From the IMG/VR virus record IMGVR_UViG_3300025138_000028: a stretch of 64,000 bases of DNA; one strand, given 5' to 3'. Positions 19,747 to 29,800 of the stretch are shown piece by piece. Position 1 is the first letter of the stretch. Each line of letters starts with the position of its first letter. A program made the position numbers and the translations under genes. The notes beneath the pieces were generated by a model, which did no database searches, was not told where the DNA came from, and was given only the letters and a program-made list of their open reading frames with translations. This DNA comes from an uncultured virus (IMG/VR IMGVR_UViG_3300025138_000028). Its lineage: Duplodnaviria; Heunggongvirae; Uroviricota; Caudoviricetes.

Positions 19747-20777
19747 TAGTTAAACCAACTGAACTATGTAACTTTAAATGTAGTTTTTGTTCTTCCTCTA
19801 AAATCACAATGGAAGACAATACAGCTATTTTGGATTTAAATAAAATATTTAAGTTCCTAAAACGTTTTCCAAATACTCAGACTATTATCGTTAATGGTGG
19901 CGATCCTTTAATGATGAAACCTAATTACTATTGGAAAATTATAGAATTTCTTGATAAGCATAATTTACCGGCAACTCTTTCTCTCACAACTAATTTATGG
20001 CCTTTCTTAATGAAGCCTCTTAAATGGAAAGAATTATTTAATCATCCAAGAGTAGGAGTGTCAACATCTTTTCAGTATGGCGGCGGCAGATTAAAAGGCG
20101 ATTATAGCGACTTTACGGAAGAAGATTTTTGGAAATGTTCCGATGCTATGCTAGAGCATGTCGGATATAGACCTACTTTTATCTCTGTTATTGTAGAGGA
20201 AAATGAAGATACTGTTATTCAGACTGTAGAATTAGCGAAAAAAATGGATATAGTATGTAAAGTAAATTATGCAATGGCGTCAGGATCACAATCTGCTCCA
20301 TACCAACTATCGAAAATATATGAGAGATATATCCAGATATGGAAAGCAGGACTTAGTGATTGGGAACATAACACTCAACAAATGTTAAATAGATTAAGAG
20401 ATACACCCACAATATGTCCTCAGTCAAGAAACTGCGATAGTGGAATTCGAAATATTCAGCCAGAGGGTGATTACTATTCTTGTGGCTCTTTTGGAGATGA
20501 TTTTGATAAACCAATAGATTTTGAGTATGAAATGAATGGAGGATTTGAAACTCCTCTTAGTAATGATTTAAGTTTGATGAGTCTTAAAAATTCATGCTTC
20601 ACTTGTCCTATGTTCGAAATTTGTAATGGCTGTCGAAAAACAATCAAAGACCTAAAACAATATAACATGGTTGAAGATCATTGTAAACATATGAAATCAA
20701 TGGCAAGTGATATTATTGCTCTAAATAGAATTGACAGTAAAGTTACACCTTATATTGATGAGAGACAATCTGTATGA
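19737..20777 (+). CDS. Radical SAM protein with SPASM-like domain (TTG start)
   Basis: LIVKPTELCNFKCSFC, NGGDPL, then CPQSRNC...YSCG...CFTCPMFEICNGC...C. Confidence 0.92.
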   Translation: MDLIVKPTELCNFKCSFCSSSKITMEDNTAILDLNKIFKFLKRFPNTQTIIVNGGDPLMMKPNYYWKIIEFLDKHNLPATLSLTTNLWPFLMKPLKWKELFNHPRVGVSTSFQYGGGRLKGDYSDFTEEDFWKCSDAMLEHVGYRPTFISVIVEENEDTVIQTVELAKKMDIVCKVNYAMASGSQSAPYQLSKIYERYIQIWKAGLSDWEHNTQQMLNRLRDTPTICPQSRNCDSGIRNIQPEGDYYSCGSFGDDFDKPIDFEYEMNGGFETPLSNDLSLMSLKNSCFTCPMFEICNGCRKTIKDLKQYNMVEDHCKHMKSMASDIIALNRIDSKVTPYIDERQSV

Positions 20778-21331
20778 TTTATAATTTATTTCCTACTAAA
20801 ATCTATATCGAAAAAATGGATATTACAGATGAAGAATCTGAAGCAATATCAGATTTATGTAATATAATAAATGAAGTTGATAAAGATAAAGCTTTATTCA
20901 CTCAACATAATTTAGAGTGTTATCCTCTATTAAGAGAAGTTTATGATTTTTTTGTAAAATCTTTTTGTGAACTTTTATTGGAGTATGATGACGATGTAAC
21001 TTATGAAAATATCTATGATATGATGTTATATAAAACAGGTAAGATATCATACTTAAAAGACGGAGAATTTAAATCTATAAATGTTTCGACAAATGCTGAT
21101 TTAATTGCACTATTCTTTTTAAGCGATAAAAATTTAATTCTACATGATCCATCTTTTAAAAGAATTCCCATACTTAGTGATGACAGAGAATATTTAGTCG
21201 AAGGAAAGAAAGATACAATTATCGTTATTCCTGCAAATGTATGGCATGAAATTAGAACATATGATTCCGAAGATAATGGAGTTATTTTAACTATGGAAAT
21301 AAATATCGACAAACTATCTAGAATGCCATAA
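20774..21331 (+). CDS. Putative, possibly degenerate 2OG-Fe(II) oxygenase-like protein
   Basis: N-terminal LFPTKIY, LHDP and IPANVWHE resemble phage 2OG-oxygenase-like families, but the proximal HxH/HxD is not evident. Confidence 0.5.
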   Translation: MIYNLFPTKIYIEKMDITDEESEAISDLCNIINEVDKDKALFTQHNLECYPLLREVYDFFVKSFCELLLEYDDDVTYENIYDMMLYKTGKISYLKDGEFKSINVSTNADLIALFFLSDKNLILHDPSFKRIPILSDDREYLVEGKKDTIIVIPANVWHEIRTYDSEDNGVILTMEINIDKLSRMP

Positions 21332-21340
21332 GTCTAAAAA

Positions 21341-22273
21341 ATGATCGTATCAATAAATCCAACTTACTTCTGCAACTTTAGATGCGACTTTTGCTATCTA
21401 ACGTCTGAAGAATTAGGTAATCAGAAACAGATTTCGTTCAATAAACTAGACGAATTACTATCTCAAGTACATAATATTGAACACATTGACTTGTATGGTG
21501 GTGAAATTGGAGCAATGAAAAAATCTTATTTTTATGGACTTAAAGAAATTATTAGAAAACACTATTCTGGTATCATTAATATCAACACAAACTATTCTAT
21601 GATGCATCCCGGTTTTTTTGATAATGACGTATATCTCTCGGTATCGTATGATTTTGAAGCAAGAGAAAAATCAGAATTAGTATTTCAAAATATGTTAATG
21701 AGTACTGTACCTATAGCTGTTCTTATTTTAGCTTCTCCAAAAGTATTGGCAAAAGATGTACATCAAATGATTAATATGTTGAATATGTGTTCTTCAATTA
21801 CATCTGTTGAAATTAAACCATATTCAATTAACCAAGCTAATGCACATAATGTAACACACAAAGATTTTGAAGATTTTGTTATAAAGTGGCTTAAATTAAA
21901 AGACAAAATGAAGTTTGAATTTGTAAATGAAGAAAGAATTATAGAATCAATGAAAGGAAGATATAATGCATTTTCGGATGATCATATATACATCACTCCT
22001 TCTGGCAAATTTGGCGTCTTGGAATTTGACGAAGAAGATAAAGAATTCTTTCTTGAATTGGATTCTTGGGAACAATACCTCGATTGGACAAAAAAAGAAA
22101 AAGAAGAAATGGTAAGTCCTATATGTGCATCATGCATATATTTCGGAAACTGTTTAACTGAGCATTACAGATATGTTAAGGATTTAGATAATGGCTGTAA
22201 CGGATATAAAGGATTATTGGACTGGTATGGAAGATTGGAAAATAGCGAGTCAAGTTTATCATTTGCTTCATAA
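21341..22273 (+). CDS. Radical SAM protein with Cys-rich C-terminus
   Basis: NPTYFCNFRCDFCY, LYGGEIG, C-terminal CASCIYFGNCLTEH...GCNG. Confidence 0.9.
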   Translation: MIVSINPTYFCNFRCDFCYLTSEELGNQKQISFNKLDELLSQVHNIEHIDLYGGEIGAMKKSYFYGLKEIIRKHYSGIININTNYSMMHPGFFDNDVYLSVSYDFEAREKSELVFQNMLMSTVPIAVLILASPKVLAKDVHQMINMLNMCSSITSVEIKPYSINQANAHNVTHKDFEDFVIKWLKLKDKMKFEFVNEERIIESMKGRYNAFSDDHIYITPSGKFGVLEFDEEDKEFFLELDSWEQYLDWTKKEKEEMVSPICASCIYFGNCLTEHYRYVKDLDNGCNGYKGLLDWYGRLENSESSLSFAS

Positions 22274-22631
22274 AAATCATTCAGATGATTTGAATAGAGT
22301 AGATATAACTTGGATTGAAAATGATATAGTAGAGTGGTCTAAAAAGCACTTCAGTGAACACATTGAAGAATGGGTATATCCAGCAAAATCGTATTTTGTC
22401 GCAATATGTTATGCTTCTTGGTTATCTGAAGATTTTGATGAAAATTTCTGGAAACTTTTAAATGATGATATGTTACTTTCGGGCAATGATCCACATTTTG
22501 TAACATATGAAAATGATAAAGACACTTATGATAAAATTATAGAAGGCATAGAATTTCCGTTAAAAATGTCAGGAATGGTACCAGACGTCCGTAAATATTA
22601 TAATGCTGAGTTTGAATTAGCAATAAAATAG
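22191..22631 (+). CDS. Hypothetical protein, last gene of the island (probable start 22227)
   Basis: Open frame overlapping the radical SAM gene end; contains YPAKSYFVAICYA and NDPHF segments. Confidence 0.65.
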   Translation: MAVTDIKDYWTGMEDWKIASQVYHLLHKNHSDDLNRVDITWIENDIVEWSKKHFSEHIEEWVYPAKSYFVAICYASWLSEDFDENFWKLLNDDMLLSGNDPHFVTYENDKDTYDKIIEGIEFPLKMSGMVPDVRKYYNAEFELAIK

Positions 22632-22632
22632 T

Positions 22633-22640
22633 TATAAATA
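22633..22640 (+). promoter_or_regulatory. T4-type late promoter TATAAATA
   Basis: Exact consensus directly after the island and before the structural genes resume. Confidence 0.8.
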
Positions 22641-22671
22641 AAGATAAGCAAATCATAGTAAAGTTGAAAAT

Positions 22672-23340
22672 ATGGCTAAAAAAATAAATATATCTCTAAC
22701 GGATACTGTAGGAACACTGAGACAATCGACAAATACAATGTCAGATTACGTAGGTGAACCAGATAATCTAGCTACAACTAATAAATCGGATTTAGTTCAA
22801 GCTATAAATGAGATTAACAGCAATACCGGAGCTTCTTTTATAACAAGTCGCCTAAGTTTAGCATCAGGTGGCGATGGTGGTCATACAACATTATCATACG
22901 ACTCTTCTAGTGGCACATTTCAATTCAACTGTAATGCTATCGGTCCAGGTGATTTTAATACTGCTTTGCCGGCTACTATTATTGCTTCTGGAGTTTTTGC
23001 TGCAGCAAGAATCCCTGCTTTAGATGCAAGTATAATTAATTCAGGAGTCCTTAATACGGCAAGAATTCCTGCCTTAAATACTATAAGCGGCACATTGACT
23101 AGTTCGCAGATTGGTTTTAATTCTGGAAATATTCCTGAAAATACTAATTTATTTCATACAACTGCTAGGGCAAGGGCTTCAATATCAGCTGGACATAGTC
23201 ATGTAGTATATAATAGTACAAGTGGTGAAATATCATTAGACTCATCTTCTGTATTATTTATAGGTCTTGCTGAATTGAAAACATATCTAAGTAATGCAGA
23301 TAGCTTTGGATCATTTGTCACTACGATTAACGCCCTATAA
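22672..23340 (+). CDS. Fibre-like virion protein, paralogue of the N-terminus of 10558-11730
   Basis: YVGEPDNLATTNKSDLVQAINEI, LSYDSSSGTFQF and ARIPALDASIINSG repeats. Confidence 0.7.
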   Translation: MAKKINISLTDTVGTLRQSTNTMSDYVGEPDNLATTNKSDLVQAINEINSNTGASFITSRLSLASGGDGGHTTLSYDSSSGTFQFNCNAIGPGDFNTALPATIIASGVFAAARIPALDASIINSGVLNTARIPALNTISGTLTSSQIGFNSGNIPENTNLFHTTARARASISAGHSHVVYNSTSGEISLDSSSVLFIGLAELKTYLSNADSFGSFVTTINAL

Positions 23341-23354
23341 AGAAAGAAATTTAG

Positions 23355-24383
23355 ATGGTCAAGATATTAGATTTACCAACGTTAGACTCCGCATCTTTAA
23401 CTGGCGGAACAGACTTTGTTGTTGTCACTGGACCAACTATTACTGGTGGTTACGGAACGGGCAAAGTTCTTCTAAATACTTTAAGCGATTATTACAACAA
23501 TACAGGTGCCCTAAATTCTGCTGGCGTTTCAAGCTTAGTGGATTCGAACTATATTTTTAATTCTATTAATAACTCAACTACCAATAGTTTAACAAAACCT
23601 ACAATAATCTCATGGAATAATATATCTAATAAGCCAAATAGCGTTGCAGGTACGGGCGTTTTAGACGCAATGAAAACTACCGATCTTAATATTGTGACTG
23701 CTGCCGCATCAGGCAGTGGAGCATTAGCGTATAATTCAGTATCAACAGAACTTACGTATACTCCTCCACTAATAACATCAAATGTGGATTCTTCTGGTGA
23801 TGTTACTGAAGGTCAAAATCTTTTCTTTACAGGAGCGAGAGTTGTTGCTATTGTAGACTCATCATATGTTAATGCAAGAGTAGATACGGGAATTGATTCC
23901 GCAGCAACAATTTCATTGGTAGATTCTGCCTACGTTTTAGCTAGGTCTTCTGCTGGACTAGATTCAGCTACAATCACCGGCTCTATCACAGATACAAAAT
24001 ATCTAAGATCAGATGAATTAGATAATGGACATTCTTTGAGCCTTAGCCACACATTTCATGCAGTCGGCGCAATAACTTCTGATGGCGATATTACTGCTTT
24101 TAATAGTGCATCAGATAGAAAACTTAAAGAGAATATAAAAGTTATTGATAATGCTGTTGACAAGATAGCTTCTATTTCAGGATATACATTTAACTATATC
24201 GGACGTGAAGAAAAAATGTCAGGAGTAATTGCAGACGAAGTTGAGGCTGTTTTGCCAGAAGTTGTTTATGAATTTGATGGTGAATATAAAGCTGTTCGTT
24301 ATGGTAATATGATGGGATTGATCATCGAAGCTATAAAAGAATTAAAGACAGATATTGACGAATTAAAAGAAAAGATTAAATAA
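23355..24383 (+). CDS. Tail fibre with C-terminal peptidase S74 intramolecular chaperone
   Basis: SDRKLKENI...GYTFNY...GVIADEVEAVLPEVV...VRYGNMMGLIIEAIKEL. Confidence 0.85.
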   Translation: MVKILDLPTLDSASLTGGTDFVVVTGPTITGGYGTGKVLLNTLSDYYNNTGALNSAGVSSLVDSNYIFNSINNSTTNSLTKPTIISWNNISNKPNSVAGTGVLDAMKTTDLNIVTAAASGSGALAYNSVSTELTYTPPLITSNVDSSGDVTEGQNLFFTGARVVAIVDSSYVNARVDTGIDSAATISLVDSAYVLARSSAGLDSATITGSITDTKYLRSDELDNGHSLSLSHTFHAVGAITSDGDITAFNSASDRKLKENIKVIDNAVDKIASISGYTFNYIGREEKMSGVIADEVEAVLPEVVYEFDGEYKAVRYGNMMGLIIEAIKELKTDIDELKEKIK

Positions 24384-26135
24384 GTGGCCTTTTCAGAGTT
24401 ACCTAGCGCAGATGATAGTTCTCCAGCAAGACTTAGTTTCTCGGATATTCAAACTTCTATAGGAGGCACAAATCCTATATCATTGAGTGAGTATTATAGA
24501 GGTACGACTCTTGTTACTGACTCTGATGGTATTACACTTGACTTACCTCAAAATGGTACAATTTCATTTTCCGATATGAAATTTGGTTTTTCAAGAGATG
24601 TTACATACACATCTCCAGGAACACACACAATTCAAGTTCCTGATGATAATAGAATTGACAATATATCTTTTGTTATAATAGGTGCTTCAGGAACTTCTGG
24701 CGTCTTTCAATATAAGACTTCCAATTTTGGAGAGTTTGGTGGAAACGAAACAAGTAATACGATTTCTAGTAATACATCTCCTCAAACTCAGGCGCAAGCC
24801 CCGGCAGATGGTGTGGGAGGTGCAGCGTTAGTTTATGTGAACGATTTGCCCGTTTCACCTGGAGATGTAATTACAGTAAATGTTGGAACAAAAGCAACTG
24901 ATCCTTCTGCGATCGGTTTTGGCTATACATTTGGAGGACAACCTGGTGGATCAACAACTCTTTCTATAAATGGAACAGTTATGGCAACAGCGGAAGGCGG
25001 TCAACCTGTTTTCGTGCCAACGAGTAATCCTACTACAGCAAGTCCTACAACAACTAATACCGGAGATATTAAAAAGATTCGAGGCCTACAGACGGCTTCA
25101 TATAATTATTCAGCATACGTTCTGCATCCTGTCGCGAATCTTTCAACAGGTGACATTTACGGATATACTGATGATCCTAGTAGTGGCGGCACTTTAGGTG
25201 CTAGTAATGGGCAAAGTACAACTATGAGTTATCGATATCCTGTTAATAGAAGTGCTGCAACTGGCTCAGTACATTCGGATGTTACATCTAATGCAGCGAG
25301 TAGTCATATAGGCAGGGGTTCTACTGCATCTCAAGCAACTATTGCATCAGCATATAATTATAAACCAAATACTTCTTTTCCTCATCATAATAGATATTGG
25401 ACAAGAAATAATCAGACTGGATTATCAGGATTCGCTAATGTAAACTTAGGCTATACGTTAGGGTTAAAATCCAATTCTGGAAATTACTTAGATGTGGGAC
25501 CTCAATCATCTGGAGGTACAATTCAAAAACACTTGATAACAGATGAATTTCGAAATAGTGTATCAAATGCAATAGGTGAAGGTCAACATTTATATGGAAC
25601 TACTTCCGGAGTGGAAAGTTCTTTAACATCTTCAACATTTGGCGCTGGACTTAGAGGTGCTGAAAGTGTACAAGCACACAATACCGAAATACCTGATGGT
25701 AGCGATGGAGCTGTTAGAATTCTTTTTCATAGACCAGGAAAATATGCATTTCCCTCAAATGTTCCTCCACCGATAGCTAGATTACGATATAGTGGTACAA
25801 CTCCATTTGTTGAACGTTCGGTGACATTGACACCATCATCTAATACTGCAAACGAAGGTGATACGATAGTAATCGATATTGCTTTTTTAGGTGATTGGGG
25901 AAAATATGAAACCGTATCTTGGTCTACATCTGGAAATGTTACTTCTGGGGATTTAACTGGTGCTCTTTCAGGAACATTAGATAAAACTATTTCATCTTTA
26001 AGTTTTCCGGTAGTCTTAGATGGATTAACCGAAAACTATGAGACTTTCACACTAACAACTGCATCCATTTCATCTTACGGAAAAGCAGTTACAGCTGGAT
26101 CAACTACTGTGACGATTCAGCCAAATTCGACTTAG
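24384..26135 (+). CDS. Gly-rich fibre-tip/adhesin-like protein (GTG start) with Calx-beta/Ig-like C-terminus
   Basis: N-terminal LSFSDIQ..IGGTNPISLSEYY...GTISFSD, typical of genes following S74 fibres; NEGDT...DGLTENYETFTLT. Confidence 0.6.
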   Translation: MAFSELPSADDSSPARLSFSDIQTSIGGTNPISLSEYYRGTTLVTDSDGITLDLPQNGTISFSDMKFGFSRDVTYTSPGTHTIQVPDDNRIDNISFVIIGASGTSGVFQYKTSNFGEFGGNETSNTISSNTSPQTQAQAPADGVGGAALVYVNDLPVSPGDVITVNVGTKATDPSAIGFGYTFGGQPGGSTTLSINGTVMATAEGGQPVFVPTSNPTTASPTTTNTGDIKKIRGLQTASYNYSAYVLHPVANLSTGDIYGYTDDPSSGGTLGASNGQSTTMSYRYPVNRSAATGSVHSDVTSNAASSHIGRGSTASQATIASAYNYKPNTSFPHHNRYWTRNNQTGLSGFANVNLGYTLGLKSNSGNYLDVGPQSSGGTIQKHLITDEFRNSVSNAIGEGQHLYGTTSGVESSLTSSTFGAGLRGAESVQAHNTEIPDGSDGAVRILFHRPGKYAFPSNVPPPIARLRYSGTTPFVERSVTLTPSSNTANEGDTIVIDIAFLGDWGKYETVSWSTSGNVTSGDLTGALSGTLDKTISSLSFPVVLDGLTENYETFTLTTASISSYGKAVTAGSTTVTIQPNST

Positions 26136-26146
26136 GGAGACAGTAA

Positions 26147-26533
26147 ATGGCACAATCTGAAGATATTATGATTGATCAAGGCAGCGATATTGCCATAAAA
26201 TTAGAATGTTTTAACACGGACGGCTCACAAAAACAATTTAAAGTTTTAGATGCTGCTAGTGGAGGAACAATTACTCCATACACGGCAACAGGTAAAATTA
26301 AAAAAAGTTTTACAACAAGAGACTCAGATGCAATTAATTTTGAAACATCTTTTCTAAATCTGGCATATCCTAATGTATTAGAACTTAGTTTAAATAACAC
26401 TGTTACAAATACTATGAAGGCAGGAAGATATGTTTATGATGTTGAAATAGCTAGTACAGATTCTGCCACTGGATCAATTATTGTAGAAAGAATTTTACAA
26501 GGTACACTTACAGTCACTCCTGGCGTAACTTAA
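26147..26533 (+). CDS. Conserved phage virion-associated Ig-like protein
   Basis: IDQGSD...GRYVYDVEI...RILQGTLTVTPGVT. Confidence 0.65.
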   Translation: MAQSEDIMIDQGSDIAIKLECFNTDGSQKQFKVLDAASGGTITPYTATGKIKKSFTTRDSDAINFETSFLNLAYPNVLELSLNNTVTNTMKAGRYVYDVEIASTDSATGSIIVERILQGTLTVTPGVT

Positions 26534-26543
26534 GGAAAAAATT

Positions 26544-26783
26544 ATGTCTGATAATGTAAAGGTCATTTCATCAAATACGATAGTTAAAAAAATTACAGTA
26601 GGCACACCAGTGCCTGTCGTTGCAGCTATCGAGGTTGTTTCCGACGTTGCTGATCTGAGAAACGTTAATGATGTAACCGCTGTTCCTGGACAACTATTAA
26701 TTTATGATGAAGCTACAAAAAAATATGTTTCTGGAATAACGTTAGATAAACAAATAATAGATGGGGGAGATGGGTTTAGCTAA
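26544..26783 (+). CDS. Small hypothetical structural protein
   Basis: RBS AAGGA; LRNVND...GQLLIYD...IDGG, fibre-associated motifs. Confidence 0.6.
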   Translation: MSDNVKVISSNTIVKKITVGTPVPVVAAIEVVSDVADLRNVNDVTAVPGQLLIYDEATKKYVSGITLDKQIIDGGDGFS

Positions 26784-26802
26784 CACAGCCTCATTTTGTT
26801 TG

Positions 26803-26810
26803 TATAAATA
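26803..26810 (+). promoter_or_regulatory. T4-type late promoter TATAAATA
   Basis: Exact consensus, intergenic, upstream of the giant fibre gene. Confidence 0.8.
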
Positions 26811-26843
26811 ACATTGAAATCTAAATGTTAAGGTTCAGTTTTT

Positions 26844-29800
26844 ATGCCAGCAATTATAAGAATAAAACGATCGGGCGATCTTCTAGCACCAGCAAATCTT
26901 AAAGTCGGTGAATTAGCATATAGCTATGCTTCATTATCAAAAACTCTATACATTGGTATAGGACCAGCTATCAATTCAGACGGAGATGCTGCACAAGTAG
27001 TTGCCATAGGTGGTGAAAAATTTACTGCTTTAATGAGTGTTACACCGGGAATATCATCTCCACAGCAATTTCTTCTCTTAGGTGATTCTAGAAATACAGA
27101 TTACTTAAAACTACAAGAGTTAGTTGCGGATAGCGCGACGATAGGTAATTTAAATGTAGTCACAGGATATTCTCAATATTTTAATGCAGATAGTGCTTAT
27201 GTCTCTCAAATAATTATTGATAGTGGATATTCAAAGTATTTAAAAGTTGATAGCGCATATGTCTCTCAACTAGTTTCTGATTCAGCACAAATCACTTATG
27301 CAAACATCGAAACGTCATATCAAACTTTAATTACTGGCCCATCTGAAATTGTAATTGATCCTGCTGGCATAGGTGATAATACAGGCAAAGTTCATATTAA
27401 AGGCGATTTACAAGTTGATGGTATTCAAACTATTATTAACTCTACTGAAGTTAGTACTAACGACAAAAATATTACTCTTGCGGATAGTGCCGTTGACAGT
27501 AGTGCCGCGAGTGGTGCTGGTATTACAATATATGGACCCGATCAAGATCCTGTTTATGGTCGCGCTTCTTTCTATTGGGATGCAACCGAAAATGAATGGG
27601 TCGCAACTAAGGGAATAAATTCTCCATATATTGATGCTGATAGTGGTAGAATTGGATCAATTAGTGGATCATTTACAAATTATGATAGCGGATATATATC
27701 TCAGTTTACGTCTGATAGCGCAAATATCCACACCATTACAGGCTCTCAAGCAGAATATACTTTTGGTATTTTTAATACAGTATCTTCAACTAACTATTAT
27801 AAAACAGATGCAATAGAAAATGCTCTAATAAAAACACAGACTGATACAGAATTTGTTCAAGATGCTAATTTAGTTTTTGGTAATTATGTAAGTGCATTTT
27901 CTCCTGCTACTTCAGGATTACATATTGGCTTTGAAGATACTATGGATTCTGGCTATTACAACTTCATTGCTACAAATGAAGGTTATGTTCAAGCACAAAG
28001 TCTAAAAATTGGCGACCATAAAAATCCTAAAACACCTACTGCCAATCCTATGGCATTTTCATTTAGCGGAAATGAAAATAGAGCAGGAGATTTTTATGGC
28101 ATAGAAGTAAACGATTCACAATTTATATCAACAGCATTACAAAATGTCTTTAGAAGTGATTATACAAAATTACATGCTCAGACTTTAAGTCCTACTGAAG
28201 ATTCTTCAAGAGGCATTAATATAATTAGAATTGCATCTATAGAAGATAGCGATCTTGTAGAATTTAGAAAAGACGGTAGTATAAATTTTGAAGGTGATTT
28301 ATTTCAAAGAGGATTACCATTTGTAGGCGGTGGCGTTTTCCGCAGAGTAAATAATGCTAATGGTATTGATGTTAATGATATAGCATATACTCCAGAAAAG
28401 TATAGTGTCGCAATTGATCCATATTCAGTGGGTGCAAAAGTTGGTATTAATACAGATAAGCCTCATTTCGATTTTGATTTTAGAGGCTCACAATTTAGCA
28501 TATCAGGACAAATTACATCTCAAGCTTTAGCTGAAACTAGCACACCTTTAGATTTTCATCTACAGCCACTATCTGTTGTTTCGGGATTAACATCATTCGG
28601 AATTTCAGCGGATGATAGTGATAAATCTAGATTACTATTCGATACTAAGTCTGCCAGATTTAGAGCAGGCTATTTTTCTTATGATAAAATAGTCGATGGT
28701 AATATGGGAACATTCTCTACTGCATTTGGTAGAGATACCGTAGCAAAAGGCAGATATAGTTTTGCTTCTGGAGATTCTAGTGAAGCATACGGACATTATA
28801 GTATTGCAATGGGTAAGCAAAGTCTTGTAGATGGAGAGGCTAATCCTCTTTTATCAGAACATTCTATTGCTATCGGTAAAGAACAAAAAGTAAAATCTTC
28901 CCAAGAAGCTGTTGCCTTAGGTTCAGAAAATCAAATTTCTAATAGTAATTCCGCTATTGCTATTGGTAAAAATAATGTTATAGGTACATATAATCCAGTC
29001 GAAGATGGCTCAAAAAGTATTTCTATTGGTACTGATAATATCGTAAACGATAACTTATCAGCGGCGTTTGGTACTAATAATACTGTTGAAGGAAATCAGT
29101 CATTTGCTATAGGTTTTGGACATACTATACCTAAACCCACGTCTGGTAATGCGAATAACTTTGCATTCGGTGCCAACGCTCTATTCACAACAGAAACATC
29201 ATTTTCAACTGCGATAGGAAATAGAGCAAAATTCGGAAATGCAGATGGTTCAGTGGCTATTTCTTTAGGGTTAGGTAGTACAAATCCTACAGACGCTAAT
29301 TATTTTAGACCTATACAAGATAATTCTTTACTCTCTATTCAAAATGGTAACGTGTCCATTGGTACAGATTCCGATCAAGTTTCTGCAGGACTTTCTACTG
29401 GTCAAGGCAACTTACTTGTCGTTGGTGATATCATCTATGAAGGAGAGTTGTTTAAAAGAACTGAGAACGGTTTAGCAACACCATCGCCTTGGGTAGATAA
29501 CGGATTTAATATTACATATAATAATACAAATGATATTAACGAACCGAAGCCCATAGGTGTTAATATATCTAATCCTAATCATCTATTCGAATTAGATGGA
29601 GATTTTTTAACTAGAGGTACTTATAAAACTACTTGGAAAACAGACACCAACTGGTTTGATTCCGCTGCCGGAACTAGTGATTTCGGAACTGCATTATTAG
29701 CATCTACAACAAGTCCCAGCATTTTTGGCTATCATACAGATGCAGCAATATTTAGGGTTGGAAAACTAAAAATAGCCGAGCAATCAAATGATTCAATGGG

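Noticed and set aside
11843..22631. Reading the island as a queuosine/7-deazaguanine DNA-modification or anaerobic RNR-activase cluster
   Set aside because: No FolE, QueD, QueC, DpdA or NrdD-like genes are visible, and the rSAMs have SPASM-like or B12 domains rather than QueE/NrdG architecture. Not fully excluded without searches.
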